The translations under genes were made by a program, and so were the position numbers. A stretch of DNA of 64,000 nt from Chrysomallon squamiferum (lineage: Eukaryota; Animalia; Mollusca). The stretch covers positions 24,924,001 to 24,988,000 of the forward strand of contig CM022671.1 of NCBI GenBank assembly GCA_012295275.1, given 5' to 3'. How positions within the stretch are numbered: the stretch's first letter is position 1; the number at the start of each line of letters is the position of its first letter. Shown piece after piece: positions 1-14,906 of the stretch. The notes beneath the pieces are model-generated. The model was not told where the DNA came from and made no database searches. It saw only the letters and a list, made by a program, of their open reading frames with translations.

Positions 1-2197
1 ACTGAAATACACGTTACTATTTTAGCTGGTATAAGTACTCCACCACAGTTTAATCAGCATCACCACTTTTAATACCTCTGTTAATATTATGAGTATTATT
101 GTTATTATTAGAAGTAGAAATATTTAGAAACAGCTTATTACATAATATATATATATATATATACTTTTTTTTTACTGTGTTACGTTATACAAAAATATAT
201 GTTTTCAGAATAATAATAATTTACAATAGTATAAGAAAACGATTGTGTCAGTGCCATTATATCTTCCTACCTAAACTAAACAGTGTTGTAAAAAACGATT
301 AAAAAATAAACATAAAATACTACTTACGTCTTTACATAAACACAAAATGTTTGACACTTTGCAAACATACAGTACTGAACGGAATTTCAGTCTTGTTACT
401 TAGAAATTTGTTGTGATTAGAAACAGTGACACATTTTCTTGTAGTGCAAAATGGGTTTCTAATAATAAGTTTTTTGAAGTTGTTGACTGTTTGATTTAAA
501 CTGGATTAAAGTAAATTTTAATGGTCAGTTTACAAAAAAGTAATCTCCTCTCAATGTGAGAACTATAAGTGGCGTGGTTTCAGTTTATGTAATAGAATGT
601 CACTTAATACTAAAACGTATGTTTCTACTGTTTTGAGTTTCGGTTTTCATCCTGCTCAGATGTTGTTGTAAAGGTTAATCCGTATCTGTAAGAAAATTTT
701 AAGTGTTAACAGAAGGGCAAGAAACACAATTTTTCTGAACTTGGCAGAAATCTGTTATATATTGTTAGAAAAATAAAAACAGTTAAGACCTGGATAAAAC
801 TTTTAAAAATAAAAATTGTATTTTTAAATCGCATAATAAAAATATGCTGCAATGTCAGATTGGTTGTTACTGGCTTTGCTTTGTTAGAAAAATATTGTTA
901 TCACTAGGCTTGGTACAGGTTTGTTCAAGAAAGAGACATTACATAATTCGTATCAATATAATATAATGTAATGCAATGTAATATAACATAAACATTTGTA
1001 CTTAGTTTTTTTTTTGCAGATGTTTGCTACAGTCAGCATGCAAATGTCATAGATTGGTGTTTAAAAAGTGTGAAAATGCGTCTAACCGAAAACTTCGTTC
1101 AAGAAAGAGACATGACATTACATAATTCTTCTCAATATAATATAATGTAATATAAACATTTGGGTCATGCATGTTTTGATGCTACAAAGCAAAACCTCCA
1201 TTAAAGCAAACCAATTATCCATTTAGATATATTAAAATTACATTTTTAAAATTTTGTGTTGTTATTATCCTCCACCTTAAAATGTACTTAATTATGAAGT
1301 ATTATGCGATGCCATGCAACATTTCTTACATTATTTACCCATTTTATTTAGACGAATTACAAAATAAGTATTTTACTTTTGTGAGTATTGGTTATTGTGA
1401 GACCAAAACGTACAGGACAAAAATATACTGTAATATCAGATTTCTTAAAACACAACAAAAAACCCATTACGAATTATTAATATACACAAAACAGTCAGCA
1501 TGAAAACACATAAATATAAATAATCTCTTTATGCGCACAGAAATTACAAACAGTTTATGGTTTCTTCGTGAAATGCAATCTTTCACGACATGAAAAATTA
1601 ACGTAGATCAAATTATATATTAGAATCTTTTATATTATTTATTTATTTGTTTAATTATTTATTGAATTTTATTTGACTTTTTTCTTCTTTTTATTTCATT
1701 TTACTTTTATTTTATTTTATTATTATTATTTTTTTTTGGTACATATTATTGCAAATATATTCTGTTGACAAAGACTTTTCTAAAGAAATCATTTTTAGAA
1801 AACAGCTTGGGTTTTCCTATCATCACGATCACGATAACCAAAGACAACGTCAATTGTATGACATCTAACTGTACTTGCACTGCATTGTTCTTAATAAATA
1901 TTAATACCCTACTATTAGTATCAGCAGCATACAGTTCATACAGTGATGCAGAGTTCATGACACGAAGAAAATCTAAACATAGCCATTACTGTCCATCGTT
2001 TCTTAAGTCTGATTTTCCTCTGAAATCTTTCTGTTATTGATGAAAAATACTCGCAACAAAACAGTTTTAACCTGTACATGGTCTTCGGGGTCTTCCTTTT
2101 ATTATTATTATTATTAGTAGTAGTAGTAATACTTGTAGTAGTAGTAGTAGTAGAAGTAGTAATAGCAGTAATATTTATAGAAGTAGTAGAGAGGCTT

Positions 2198-2760
2198 TCA
2201 GCACTGACATTTAGCTAAGCACTCAACTGTTAAAAGCGTGTCGCAGTTCCCAGCTTCAGGTATTTTAATACTAGTATTTTCACCAGCTTTATCACTTTTA
2301 CGAAAACAACAACAAAGTTTCCTTGTAGTGTTCCTGAAGTTTCGCATCAAAATAAAGTAAACAAATACGTTCATTAGAGGGCACATCAGTGACAGGAACG
2401 TAAGGACGATATTTACGACTATGAATTTCGTGCAACGCACGTACAATGCGAAAAGGTAACTGAGTCAAGATATGTATTATAAAAATTATGGTGTTTAATT
2501 TATACAAACGAATTTTACTTTCTGTTGCTCTGCTGTTATAACAGTTGGTTAAAATGGCAGATTTCTGGTGTAGAATTATCTTTATCATGCAAACTGTTAC
2601 AACTATAAAAGGATAACAATTAAACCGGATAAGTTAATTGCTCCAACCCACCAGTTACTAGAGTTATAGTCCGCTTCCATTCTCCCGGATTCTTCATTCA
2701 GACTATAAAATGTTCCTTCCAAAAGAGAGTACGTCAATGATATTGGAACCTAGATCCATA
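2198..2760 (-). pseudogene. R1: 5'-truncated 7TM receptor pseudogene (TM4 end to C-terminus), close paralog of R2
   Basis: ORFs 2298..2588 and 2198..2446 carry ESKIRL...LPF and PLMNVFVY...MRNFR in different frames. The nucleotide sequence is near-identical to R2 9480-9830. It has a TGG>TAG stop in the W-I-W-V-P motif (~2750), a 1-bp deletion at ~2611 and a 2-bp deletion at ~2430. Homology ends at ~2760, where a (GTA)n tract begins. Confidence 0.9.
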
Positions 2761-2769
2761 AGTAGAAGC

Positions 2770-2820
2770 AAAACGGTAATAATAGTATTAGAAGAGGTAG
2801 TAATAGCTATAATAGTAATT

Positions 2821-2858
<38 letters not shown>

Positions 2859-3045
2859 CTCAGCAGCAGCAGCAGCAGCAGTAATAGCAGCAGCAGCAAT
2901 AGTAGTAGTAGTAATATTAGAGAACGAATTAGAAAGAATAGTAGTAGTAGTAGTAGAGGTAGTAGTAAATGTAGTAATAGTAGTAGTATCAGAAGCAGCG
3001 ACAGTAGTAGCGGTAGTTATTGTAAAAGTAGTAGCTATTGTAATA
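2770..3045. repeat. (GTA)n/(GCA)n microsatellite region replacing the 5' half of R1
   Basis: Runs of gtagtagta and gcagcagca, which give the poly-V/A ORF 2710..3081. Confidence 0.9.
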
Positions 3046-5834
3046 ATCTTTATATTAATTGCTGTTGTATTAGGAATCTGATATATCTGTAATGTATTTT
3101 TCTTTAATCCAGGCAGGTTATTAAAAAAAAGCTTTGACGAGCATCTAATAATCCTTAGAGTGAATAATTCTTTTCGTCAGTCTTTAAATCTTAAATCCGA
3201 TTATTTCCACCGAAAAGACGGAATATTTTTTTCAAAAGATATTAATTAAAATTTGACAGTATTAATAATGGAAATGTGAATTTAATTTTTGCTTAATTAG
3301 GTTTTGTTCTGATGTGGATTTTATAATTATTTTACATAATCCTAAAAAATGAGTTTTCATTGTCCAAAAACTATCCTTTTAAATGTGTACTTTTTAATTA
3401 TGTCTCTTCTTCAACGTAGCGTAGAAAAGTTAATATGTTTTCTAATTAATCTTTACATTGTTTTGCTGTAATATTTTTTCATTAATATTAAATATCTTTG
3501 AATTAATTATGTGTGTGACAAATACTTTCTCTTCTTTATTTGTAGCTGCGAATGTAATACAGAAAACAGTTAATTATCGAAGTAGTAGTTTTCTCTTTAT
3601 GTCAACATTTTCACAATATCTTATTAATGAACTTGGGCATTTATGTTCTAGAAGACAAGATTATTTATTTAATTACTTGGGAATTTGTGATAAAGAGTTC
3701 TAACATAAAATAAATATTAATTCTTTAACTGGTGTATAAATATAAACTATTGAGCTATCACACATCTTCAGTTTGAAATAACAATTAACAGAACTGGAGA
3801 GTTCAGATTCAGAACTTGAAGATATTGATCATTAACCGTCCCAAGCCAAATTTAAAAGACTTTATGATTTCCTGTCCATGAGAAAGTGTTTCCTTTGAAA
3901 CTGAGACATTGTCTTTTAGCAGTAAGAAAACAAACAGATGAAATGGGCGAGTAGCAAAGAGTTATTATTTTCGAATTATCTGATTTTAATATCATGCAGA
4001 ACATGTCGATGGAAGTGTATGAATTATCTGATTATTAATATCGTGTTCAACATGTTGATGGAAATACACGGACAATAAAAAACGAAAATTTAACAATGAT
4101 TAAAGTGCAATTATATTTATTGTTTCTTTAAAATTAAGCTTATTATTGAATGAATTTTTCGTCAGAGTGTTTGATTTCATTGTGTGTGTATGTCTTATTT
4201 TTCGCTGGAATAAAATATTTTTATTGCTTGTTTTTAATTTTTCTTAATTACATTTAATTTCATTAAGCTTATGCAATTTTCACACTTTGAAACGTATATA
4301 TAATTATTTTTCCTGTAGTTCAGTTACTTTCTTATATGTTGAGATCACTCAGAATTACAGTTACAGTTCATGTAACAAATAAATGACAACGAGTATATTA
4401 TATCTACGCTTACGTCATTATCTTTATTTTATGATCAGTGACTAGGATATCCCAGTACCCCAGTGACAATGCATTTTTAGATACCAAAATATTTTATATA
4501 TCTAAGTAAATGAAGTTATTCACTTACTCTTTCACTTATCTTTCATTTACCCTCTAGTTTCATTACAACATAAATTGATTTTATTGACCAAAAGGTGAAC
4601 CACTTATCAGTTTTAGGCTAAGTTTAATGTGCAAATGGTTTACTAATGTAAAGAATAATGCAAACATTTGCATATGCCTCTAGACTTTCTTGCAGTTGTC
4701 TAGACATTATTAAGAATAAGGTAATGAGAAGGAAAAAACCCTCACAGTTTGCTGAAGTCCTTTTTAAATGAATTACATCTTTCCAGTGTATAAATATGTA
4801 CATTCCCACGTACAGGAAAATACGTGTCTTCGATAAACGAGATTTGGAAAACTGCTTGATACAGAAAGTGTCCAGGAGCCATTTCTGAACACATCACGAT
4901 TAATTAATTAATTGCATATTTCAGGAAAATTCTGATTTCTAGCGACTATCGTCAGCCTTAATAATATAATTGGATTGAATCATCTGTGTACATATGAGAG
5001 TACGTGAGTACCTAAGTATGTATGTGTGTATGAATGGATGTACGTATATATGCAGCTTTTAATCATCTGATTATTACAATGTTTAAACTGTTATCTCTTT
5101 GGCAATGGTTTGCAGCATCTTGCTTTGTTTCTTTTAACCTTATTTTTTATTTTATTATTTTTATTTATTTTTTATTTTTGTATTTATTTTTTTATGCCAT
5201 CTTTTTTTTTGAATGTCAATATTTAAAATAATATGACTACAACTCTGATAAAAAAAAAATCAACAACTATAGTTTGGTATGAAATATGGAATAAATCACA
5301 TAAAATTATAGCAAACTTTTAAATTAATACACTCATTCTGTAAAGCATTTTTATATAAATAATTTGTTTACCAGTTCATTCCAAGCCAATCATTGTACTC
5401 GTTCTGTGATATTTATAAATTGTTGCAGAAGACTGAGGATAGATTATTAATGATTTTGTTAATTTTTTTTTTTTTTACATACATATTTTCACAGAACAAC
5501 ACAATGAAAATAATGTTGAATTTACAACCAACAGAGCTATTTGAATTCTTTATGTGGTCCATGAGCTTCATTACGAAACCATTTATTATTAATGATATTC
5601 ATACAAACTGTCAGAAACTGTCTATTACATTTCAGTAATAGTCCAAAACTTATTTTGCTTTGATCATTTAAAATATTTTCCATGTGTGTGACAATGTAGT
5701 GGATAGTAACGTTAATTCGATGTTGTTATGCTCAGTGACAAAACAATTAAACCAAATATGTTGATTTCCACGCTCTGTATAAGCTAATGATAATTTAAGT
5801 ACTTTGTTGACATGAATATAAATCAAATACTTTA

Positions 5835-5894
<60 letters not shown>

Positions 5895-5952
5895 AGAAAG
5901 AAAATAATAAATAAATACTACTACTATTAATACTTCTACTACTACTACTACC

Positions 5953-5994
<42 letters not shown>

Positions 5995-7478
5995 ACAAGA
6001 AAAAATACTGATATGCTTTCTAATTTATGTTTTTTGATTTTTGATATGTGTGAAAAAATTGCATCTAAAATTAAATAATAATGAATACAATGATACCTGT
6101 CTTGTCCGGACACCTGTTGGTTGAGTAAAAATGTCCCAACATCGCATATTTACAAATCCATCACGTTTGAATTTCTTCGATATCATCAATTTATTTTATT
6201 TATTAGTGCTGTCTTAGGAGTGTTAAGATATTCCTTATGTCCTTCGATCTCTTCCGTCGATATAACTAATCTTTACAGTTTTTAAATATTTAATGTCAAT
6301 GATTAAATGATTTTAAATATAACTGCAACATAGTAAATATGTAGCCAAACATAACATATATACGTCTCAGTATTTTAATAAGTTCTATTAAATGTCTTTA
6401 GTATTTTTGTATATGTCTTTACATAACGTGTCACTAAAATCATTGAAATACGTTACTGTTTTAGTCTGCATAAGTACACACCCGTAATCACTATCTAAAC
6501 CACACTTTTAATACCCCTACTAATACTACGATACTATTGTTATTATTATAAGCAGAAGAGCTTCACGTTCGTGATAGTCATCAAAGACAGATCACATATC
6601 TTAAGAAAATGATTTTTTTCGCTATACGAGGTGAACTGTCTGATTTTAATAGATATTCCTCTGTGGTCTTCTGTTCAAATGGCACCTCGGACACAGGCCA
6701 AACCTGCTACTGCTTAAAATAGTCATTGTATTCAGGACTGAGTATCAGTGTTGAAGTTAACTGGAATTGCTTCCCTTTACTCGCAAATACATATACTAAA
6801 GTTTCCCACAAAAATCGCCGAAACACATTTGTTAAATGTATAGTTAAATATATTAAAAGAAACTTGAACAGTTTGAAAGATACTAATATATTTATTTATT
6901 TATAATGCAGTATTTACGAATTAAAATAAAATAAAATCAATTTATATAAAGATAGATTATGGACAAAGAAAAAGGGAACAAAAATCACTAATTTGTGTAA
7001 TATAATTTATAATTATATATAATTTTAAATTAGTGACATGATTACAGGCATGACACGTATGTGGATTTACAAGAAACCGGAAAAGACATCCCGTAGGAAA
7101 AAATATACACACTTCATTTTCAGTATTAGAACGATTTTACACCAGCCATTAGCAGATTGAAATTATGATGTGGGTGATGATATCCTCGATTTTTCTTTTT
7201 TTCTTGGTTGTTTTGACTTTGACCGTGGCACTTCACTAGATCATGTCTGTGAAGTTTTCACACAGAGGCTCCGAAGCAGAACTGAGTCTTGTTGATGCTG
7301 TGATATCTACTTTAAACAGTTTCTTGTTGACTAACGTTTTCCTCTTAACACTATGTTTAGTTTGGTTTTGCTCATTACCAATCTTTGGTCATTTCTATTT
7401 ATCTTTAGGATGTTGTCTCTTCATTTATTGTTCATAGAAAATATTTACTTGCTTGTCTATTTACCTTTACTGAGTAAC

Positions 7479-7519
<41 letters not shown>

Positions 7520-9281
7520 ATGTAAAATACGCTAAGAAAAATCAAATGGAATAATTAAAAAGAATAACATGCTGTTCCAAAGGTAATATATTTTTTATTC
7601 ATTTAGTTTCAAAATTATACAATTATTTATCACGTATTACATTAATGAACATTTGTACTAATGAAAATATTATACAACAATTTCTTATTCGAGTAGATTA
7701 CCACGGTGTCTTGGCTTTTCATAAATTTTCTGGATGAATTAAGATATAACAATTACTACAAAAAAAAACCAGATGAGTGTAAATAATCTATTTATCCACA
7801 GTGTAATTAGAAATAATTTAGTTTCTTCGGGAAATACAATCTTTTAAGTAATGGAAGATTAACGTACATCAAATTATATATTTTTTCATATAAAAAAAAT
7901 CTTTTTTGTTTTCGTCTTTGAAAAATAGATTCTCTTAACAAAGAACTTTTTGCAGAAAACCTTTTAAAAAGCTGCTTCTCATTTCTGAAAAACCAAATGA
8001 CAGCAACAGAAATCTGAAAATTAATTTAACCTAGCACTGCATTCAACAACTTATTAACGATATTAGAGAGGTTTGGCACATCGTGATCCTTTCACGTATG
8101 CAGTACGGGTCATCAACGTAACTCGCTTTCACCTTGGCTTTCACGTAAAGCACAAAGCTCATATCAAAATACGTCAAGGAAGGGAAGTAACTATAGCTCT
8201 AGAACTCACAAAAAGGTTTATTTTGATATAATATATAATATAAATATATTTGGTTTGAACATGTATAAGATATTCAGTGCTTATGTTGCCAAATGACCAA
8301 AAATCAATAACAGGTTCTCCATAGATTTTGAAAGAAAAAAAATACAGGCCAATTGTATTCAGATAAAAAGCTATGAAAGACATCTTGGAGTCATTTTAAT
8401 ATGTTGTTATTGCCGTTTCTGATCATGTATAATTTTGTCACATACCAGTTATCTCTTATTCACTTCTTTCGCAACGGTATATTACACAGAGAACTATAGA
8501 ATGGCCAGTATTTTCGCTTGCGAACAAGTATATGTTTCGTCTGTTCTCAGCAAGAAGCAAAACATCTTAAGGCAATATAAGCGTCAACAACGTTAATGTA
8601 ATAAAACTATTTTTCCAAGTGTATATTAGTAATCGTAATCTTGTTCAGCCAATGGTGCAATCGTACCAACCAAGGCTTTTTGGGGGAGAAGGAGGTCTGT
8701 CTTTGACGGTCATTTATCCGAAAACGATGCAAGAAAATGCACCTTAAAAAGCACTAATACGTGCAGAGATAATTAAAGAAATCATAAAAACAAGATACAA
8801 CCTTCATAATGTTTCACAAAATTACTATAACGATACGGAAATGCACACGTGTAAGAGCTTCGCTATACGTAGACACGTGCCTATAGCCTTGTCTCGTTTC
8901 GAGGAAATCTCGCGAGAAAAGACGATACGGGTTCGGTACGTGATAGTAACGTCTATGCTAAACCTTTCTGATATGTTTAACGTACGTATCAGAAGCACAG
9001 TTCATACAGCAAAACATGATTCACGTGTCAAAGTTAACAACAAGCTAAATTAAAAAAGTCAAATATTATTTGTAATGATTATTACATCATTCCCGCGATC
9101 ATCAGCGATTTTGCACCGTTATCTTTCTACTACTGATGAGAAACATGTCCAGTAAAATAGTATTAACTGTTACACCGTCTTTATTGTTGTTGTTATTGTT
9201 AGTCGTCATCGTCGGCATCTTCATCGTCGTCGTCGTTGTTTTTTGTTGTTGTTTCTTGATATTTTGAATAAAACTCAGTTG

Positions 9282-10216
9282 TTAAAAGCTTGTAACATTT
9301 TCCAACTTTATTATCCTAATTCTTGTATCTTGATTCTTTTTATTGTCGCCTGTTTGATCACTTTTGCGAAACCCACAACAAAGTTTCTTTGCAGTGTTTC
9401 TGAAATTTCGCATCAGAGTTAAGTACACAAAAACATTCATCAGAGGGTAAATCAGTGAAAGAAAGTAAAGACGATACTGATGACCATATCTTTTATGTGC
9501 AAAGCACGTACAATACGAAAAGGCAATTGAGACAAGATATGTATGATAAAAATTATGGTGTTTAATTTAGCCAAACGAATTTTACTTTCTGTTGCTCTGC
9601 TATTATAACAGTTGGTTAAAATTGTAGATTTCTGGTGTAGAATTATCTTTATCATGCAAACTGTTACAACTATAAAAGGGATAACAACTAAACCGGATAA
9701 GTTAATTGCTCCAACCCACCAGTTACTAGAGTTATAGTCCGCTTCCATTCTCCCGGATTCTTCATTCACTGCATAAAATGTTCCTTCCAAAAGAATGTAA
9801 GTCAGCGACATGGGAACCCATATCCAGATCCCTGCCAAGTAGATCATCACTCGTTTGACTGAAATATGAATCTGGTATTTGAAAGGATCGCATATTGCTA
9901 TAGACAACATAATGCTTAGTCCCATAAGAGAAAAACATTTAATGATTGTGAATGCGTTACCAAAAGCGAATAGAATTCGCATTTTCGAGCTAAAGCGATC
10001 AACGGTGATAACTGAGAAAATTATAATGTTCAAGCCTATGTCAGCCAAAACTTCGTTCACCATGAATTTGCCAATAACGCCATTACACATCCTGGATTTG
10101 AAAAGTATCAACAGTATGAACAAATTGTTTGAAAATCCCCACGTTGCAACAGAATAAGTCACGAATAAAATATATCCCGAAATGGTATGAGATGTGTTAG
10201 TTACACTGTTATCCAT
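9282..10216 (-). CDS. R2: intronless class A-like 7TM receptor with one 1-bp frameshift in TM7 (pseudogene or assembly error)
   Basis: The 254 aa ORF 9452..10216 stops at TFFH*. Adding one base at TTC TTT CA (~9457) restores LIYPLMNVFVYLTLMRNFRNTAKKLCCGF...TSF* ending at 9282, giving 311 aa, the same length as R3. Confidence 0.8.
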
Positions 10217-11302
10217 AGCGAGTTTGTGAAGTATTAGATCAAGAAAAAGATTAACTTACTGTACTTTTTTCTTTTTAACGTTATACAGATATACACATGT
10301 ATATGTGTTATTATTCCCTAACCTTCTTTGTCTGCTTCTGCTTTATATACACAATATATTTTCATCACACGTAGACTGCTGTTTGTAACAAACAGACGGG
10401 CCAACTCTTTTTCAGACTTAAAATGAAATTATTCATTTTCGATGACAGTTCAGTACCATGTAATTCCTATTGGACAAGAGAGGAAAGCATTATATTAGTA
10501 GCATAAAATAAAGACAATTATGAGTTTTTAATATGTTTTATTATTGATCCAAATGGATTTGTTTTTCAACCATTTATCTACATCAAACGAAATAGCTATG
10601 GATACATTTTTCCTTTTATTGTTTTCGTTATGAATAAGATATGAAAAATAAATAAATTCATTGTTATTATTTAATTATTTATTTTCTTTTTTAATTTATT
10701 AAATTTTTTAAAATTATTTGTTTGTTGCCCTATCATCTGGAATTGTAATGATTACAAATTTTTCCGAAAATGATTTTCTAATGATTTTTAAAAAATAAGC
10801 AGAAATAATTTTCTTAGTTTTTTCTCATTCTCTGATTTTCAGTGTAAAATTTTTAAATTTGTAAATACCAAACAACCAACAAACAAACCAAAAAAAAAAA
10901 AAAAAAAAGAGAGAGAAAAAAACACGAAAACAAACAAAACAAAGAAAAAAAAAAAAAAAAAAAAAAAAAAAACGAAATTAAAAAAAAAAAAAAAAAAAAA
11001 ACCCATATTACAAAAAAATACATTTATTTACAATTCATTATAAAAACAAATAAAAAAGAAAGCAACGGTAACAACAACAAAATTAAAGAACAATAAGATC
11101 AACTATGGTTAAAAATGAGAATAACAAGAGAAAAGAAAAAAGAAACGAGACAAGCTCGATTAACTACAAAAGATAACAACTGAGTGTTTTATAACTGAAT
11201 TATAAAGACATTTCGTGTAATGTATAATTTAATCTAATTATATCAGGCAGATTTCACATTAAAATCTTGAAAAAGCAAAAACATTTCCGTTTATTTTAAT
11301 GA

Positions 11303-11818
11303 ATGTAACAACGATGTTAAACTAACACGATCATAAGACAAAGATACTGAACTAACGCCATCATGTAACAAATACTGAACTAACGCCATCATGTAACAAA
11401 TGCTGAACTAACACCATCATGTAACAAATACTGAACTAACGCCATCATGTAACAAATGCTGAACTAACACCATCATGTAACAAATACTGAACTAACGCCA
11501 TCATGTAACAAATGCTGAACTAACACCATCATGTAACAAATACTGAACTAACACCATCATGTAACAACGATGTTGAACTAACACCATCATGTAACAAATA
11601 CTGAACTAACACGATCATAAGACAAAGATACTGAACTAACACCATCATGTAACAAATACTGAACTAACGCCATCATGTAACAAATGCTGAACTAACACCA
11701 TCATGTAACAAATACTGAACTAACACCATCATGTAACAATGATGTTGAACTAACACCATCAGGTAACAAATACTGAACTAACACCATCATGTAACAAAGA
11801 TGTTGGACTAATACCATC
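11303..11818. repeat. Minisatellite, ~28 bp unit TGAACTAAC(G/A)CCATCATGTAACAAAT(A/G)C, ~18 copies
   Basis: Head-to-tail near-identical units with occasional 30-bp variants and no unique spacers. Confidence 0.95.
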
Positions 11819-11889
11819 AAATTCTTAAAATATTCCATACCAATTTTGATTTTCAAGTGAAGATATTATAATGGCCATATATTATTTAT

Positions 11890-11977
11890 ACGAGGCCATT
11901 ATATGAATAGAAAATGTTTTGCGAATTCGAAACGAGAAACACACACACACACAACACACATACGCGCTCGCACACAG

Positions 11978-12050
<73 letters not shown>

Positions 12051-12447
12051 GAACAGTAGAAAATGTATCTAAAGACTGAGCTAGCAAGAAAGCGATAATT
12101 TACCAAGAACTGTATGTGTAATGAAGCAGATTTGTGTATTTAAGATTGATCAGCTTCATACTCATTAAAACATAGCAAAAAAAGTAAACTGTTCAGAACC
12201 GATGCTTGACACATTTACTGTTTGTCACATGTCACAGTCGGCAGTTAGTACTTCAGGCGTCATTTTTTCTCTCCAACAGCAGTTGCGGATATCAAACATA
12301 TCTCATTAGCATCAGCCAATGAGCGATCAGAATTAGTCCGCGTGATCGAAACGTATTTACTTTTCCGCTCCATTTAAAGTTTTATCCTGCTGACGTAAAG
12401 ACGTCAATGTTCGCTTAGAAATAGTAATCTGGAGCTGTTTTGTTTAA

Positions 12448-12487
<40 letters not shown>

Positions 12488-12783
12488 TATTTATTTATTT
12501 TAATTTTTTGTTTTCAGTGGTGGATGTGTTTATCCTCCTAGTTTATTTTGGCTGAAATTTCATGACTAGACAAATAAACAGTTCAAGGTTCAGATTTAGC
12601 AAGTTTCGCTCTGTTGAAGTATTTACTCTCAGACAAAAACGATATCAGTCGTACGATAGTACTGAATGTTGAAAGCAGAGCTCAGTAACATAAAAAGAAA
12701 AGCGTGCTGTATTTTGAAGATAGGTTCTATTTTGTTTATCGTTTCGAATTCGCAAAATAAATTCTATTTCGTTGTAGTTTCGT
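11890..12783. mobile_element. Putative non-autonomous DNA transposon with ~50 bp imperfect terminal inverted repeats
   Basis: 11890-11940 (...ttttgcgaattcgaaacgagaaac) is the reverse complement of 12734-12783 (gtttatcgtttcgaattcgcaaaa...), with a 19-bp perfect core. The interior has no ORF. Confidence 0.5.
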
Positions 12784-14906
12784 TTCGGAAGTTTAAAAAT
12801 CAGTTTCGCGCTCTCCGAATTAGAAGTTTATTTTATTATTAGCAAATGTCCATGCTGAGGCAAAAAATAGAAGAAAAAAATAGCAATAATTTCTAAACAT
12901 ACAAAATGCTTTTAGACAATTTATTTATACACTACAGATGCACTTTAACACAATTCTTTATTCATTATTTATCGTTGTTGCTTAATCTTAAGTTTGAATT
13001 CTATTTAATCTAAAAGAAAATAATATTAGTATTCACTGTTGGAGGTCTGCTCAGATGGACATTTCGACTGGCAACGATTCCGTTTAGTTTACTCATTTAA
13101 CAATAAATGAGTCGTTGATTTATATCAGGGGTCTTGGATTTCTTGTTGTAGCGTGTGTATGTACTACTGCATGGTCAAAACAGTTTTTATTTCTGGCTTA
13201 GAACCAGCGATTTAAATACAAATGTCTCTCTGAGCTGTTCTCAAGAGGATACTCAGGCTGTATGTTTAAATTAATGTTTTTATTTCAATATAATTGCGGA
13301 ATCATGTAATTCGGATATGTACTGGGTTGGACAGTGAATTTCACGAAAGGAGATTTAATTATTGTGCTGTATATACTAACCTTCAAAACGAAATGATTTT
13401 CATTATAAAGAAAGAAGAAAAGAAAACCCCCCAAAACTTCGGTCTCGAAATTAAAACCAAGTGTGCGGGGCCCTTGAGCAACGTTTAGAATTATGAAATA
13501 TTTTCTCAGGTGGAAATATAAAAGATGATTAAATAAACTGTTAAAAAGACACGCTTTATGAGCTAGACAGATGGCAATGTGTGTGACAAGGATGCAGCTG
13601 TGATTAAGAACCTGAAAAATAAGCTTAGTCTTCTGTCTTAATGTATTAACACCGTTCATGTTTTTAACTCGTAGTGAGACTAATTATTTGATGCGAAGGT
13701 AACAAAATACGTAGAAGCTAATTGTAATAAACCAGTTCTCTATTTCGAACAATGCTGTTACGAGTATATGAAGCTCATAATTCTAAAACATTATATGGAG
13801 AAATATGCTATAAATGATAAATAAATTTCTGTTACCGAAGAAAACTGATTTCTTTTTTTCGCGTAATAATTTGAATGGAAGTTTACAAGAAGTTTTTCCA
13901 AGTGCTTGATTTTGAAGAAAAAAAGAATGGCATATTTCTACAAGGTTTTATTGTGTTATAATATTAATCCGTTAAATTTTGTAACCTTTTTAATTTCCTT
14001 TTGTTTTTAAAAACATCTTTATGCAAGACATACAACTGTAAGTCAAATGATAATAAAATTTATTTTCGAATAAAAATAATAATGAACATTCGATAATACA
14101 TTTATTTATTTATTGTGAATTTAATGAAATGTATAATATACATGGTAAGCATGTGTTTCTTGTGCGTATGTTGTGTGTGTGTGTGCTTTGTGTGTGGGTG
14201 TGTTTGTGTGTATATTGTGAGCAAAACATGCGCTTAGTGTATATATACATACACATATATCACGTCAACCTTAACTATGTTAATTGGTGTAATCTAAATA
14301 TCTATTGTCTATGTACTGAAATCTATGAACTTATGTTTCACTGTCTACATCAAGATACATGTATTCACACGTGAAAAACAACGCTAGCTTCTTACTCTTT
14401 TCTTTTTCCTTTATTCTAACTAATTGGGGAGAAGGAAATCATGCTAATTTACTGTAATCTTGCTTCGTGTCAAATATATTTACAATAATACCTTCTCCCA
14501 CTTGATTAACATACGTCTTCTGCGTGATGTCCAGTGAGGTGTCCAGAACATGACAAATTAAATATTATTTTCTTTTAACATTAGCAAGGCAAAGTTCTGT
14601 TTAACAGAGATCGTATATGATACACTTTTGTAAATTTATCTCTGTATATAATTGATATACCAGAGAGAAACTCTATATGGCTTTGCAAGTGTAAAGAAAT
14701 AACTCTGTCTACTGAAGAAAACAGGTAACTGTAAATCAATGAAAAGTGAAACTAGATTAGAAAAAATATTTGAGTAATCAGGATATTTCCATTCTAAGAT
14801 ACTTTAACATCAGTAAAAAGGTGGAAAATTACCTGCATTTTCACCGTTTCACAAAAGGAAAACAAAACAAAAAAAGAAAAAAGGGAAAAAACTTTCGATA
14901 ACGAAT

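Noticed and set aside
8170-8760. Possible decayed transposase fragment inserted in the R2 3' flank
   Set aside because: There is no interpretable motif or terminal structure without a database search.
11303-11818. CRISPR-like array of ~28 bp repeats
   Set aside because: Units are head-to-tail with no unique spacers, there are no cas genes, and the context is eukaryotic.
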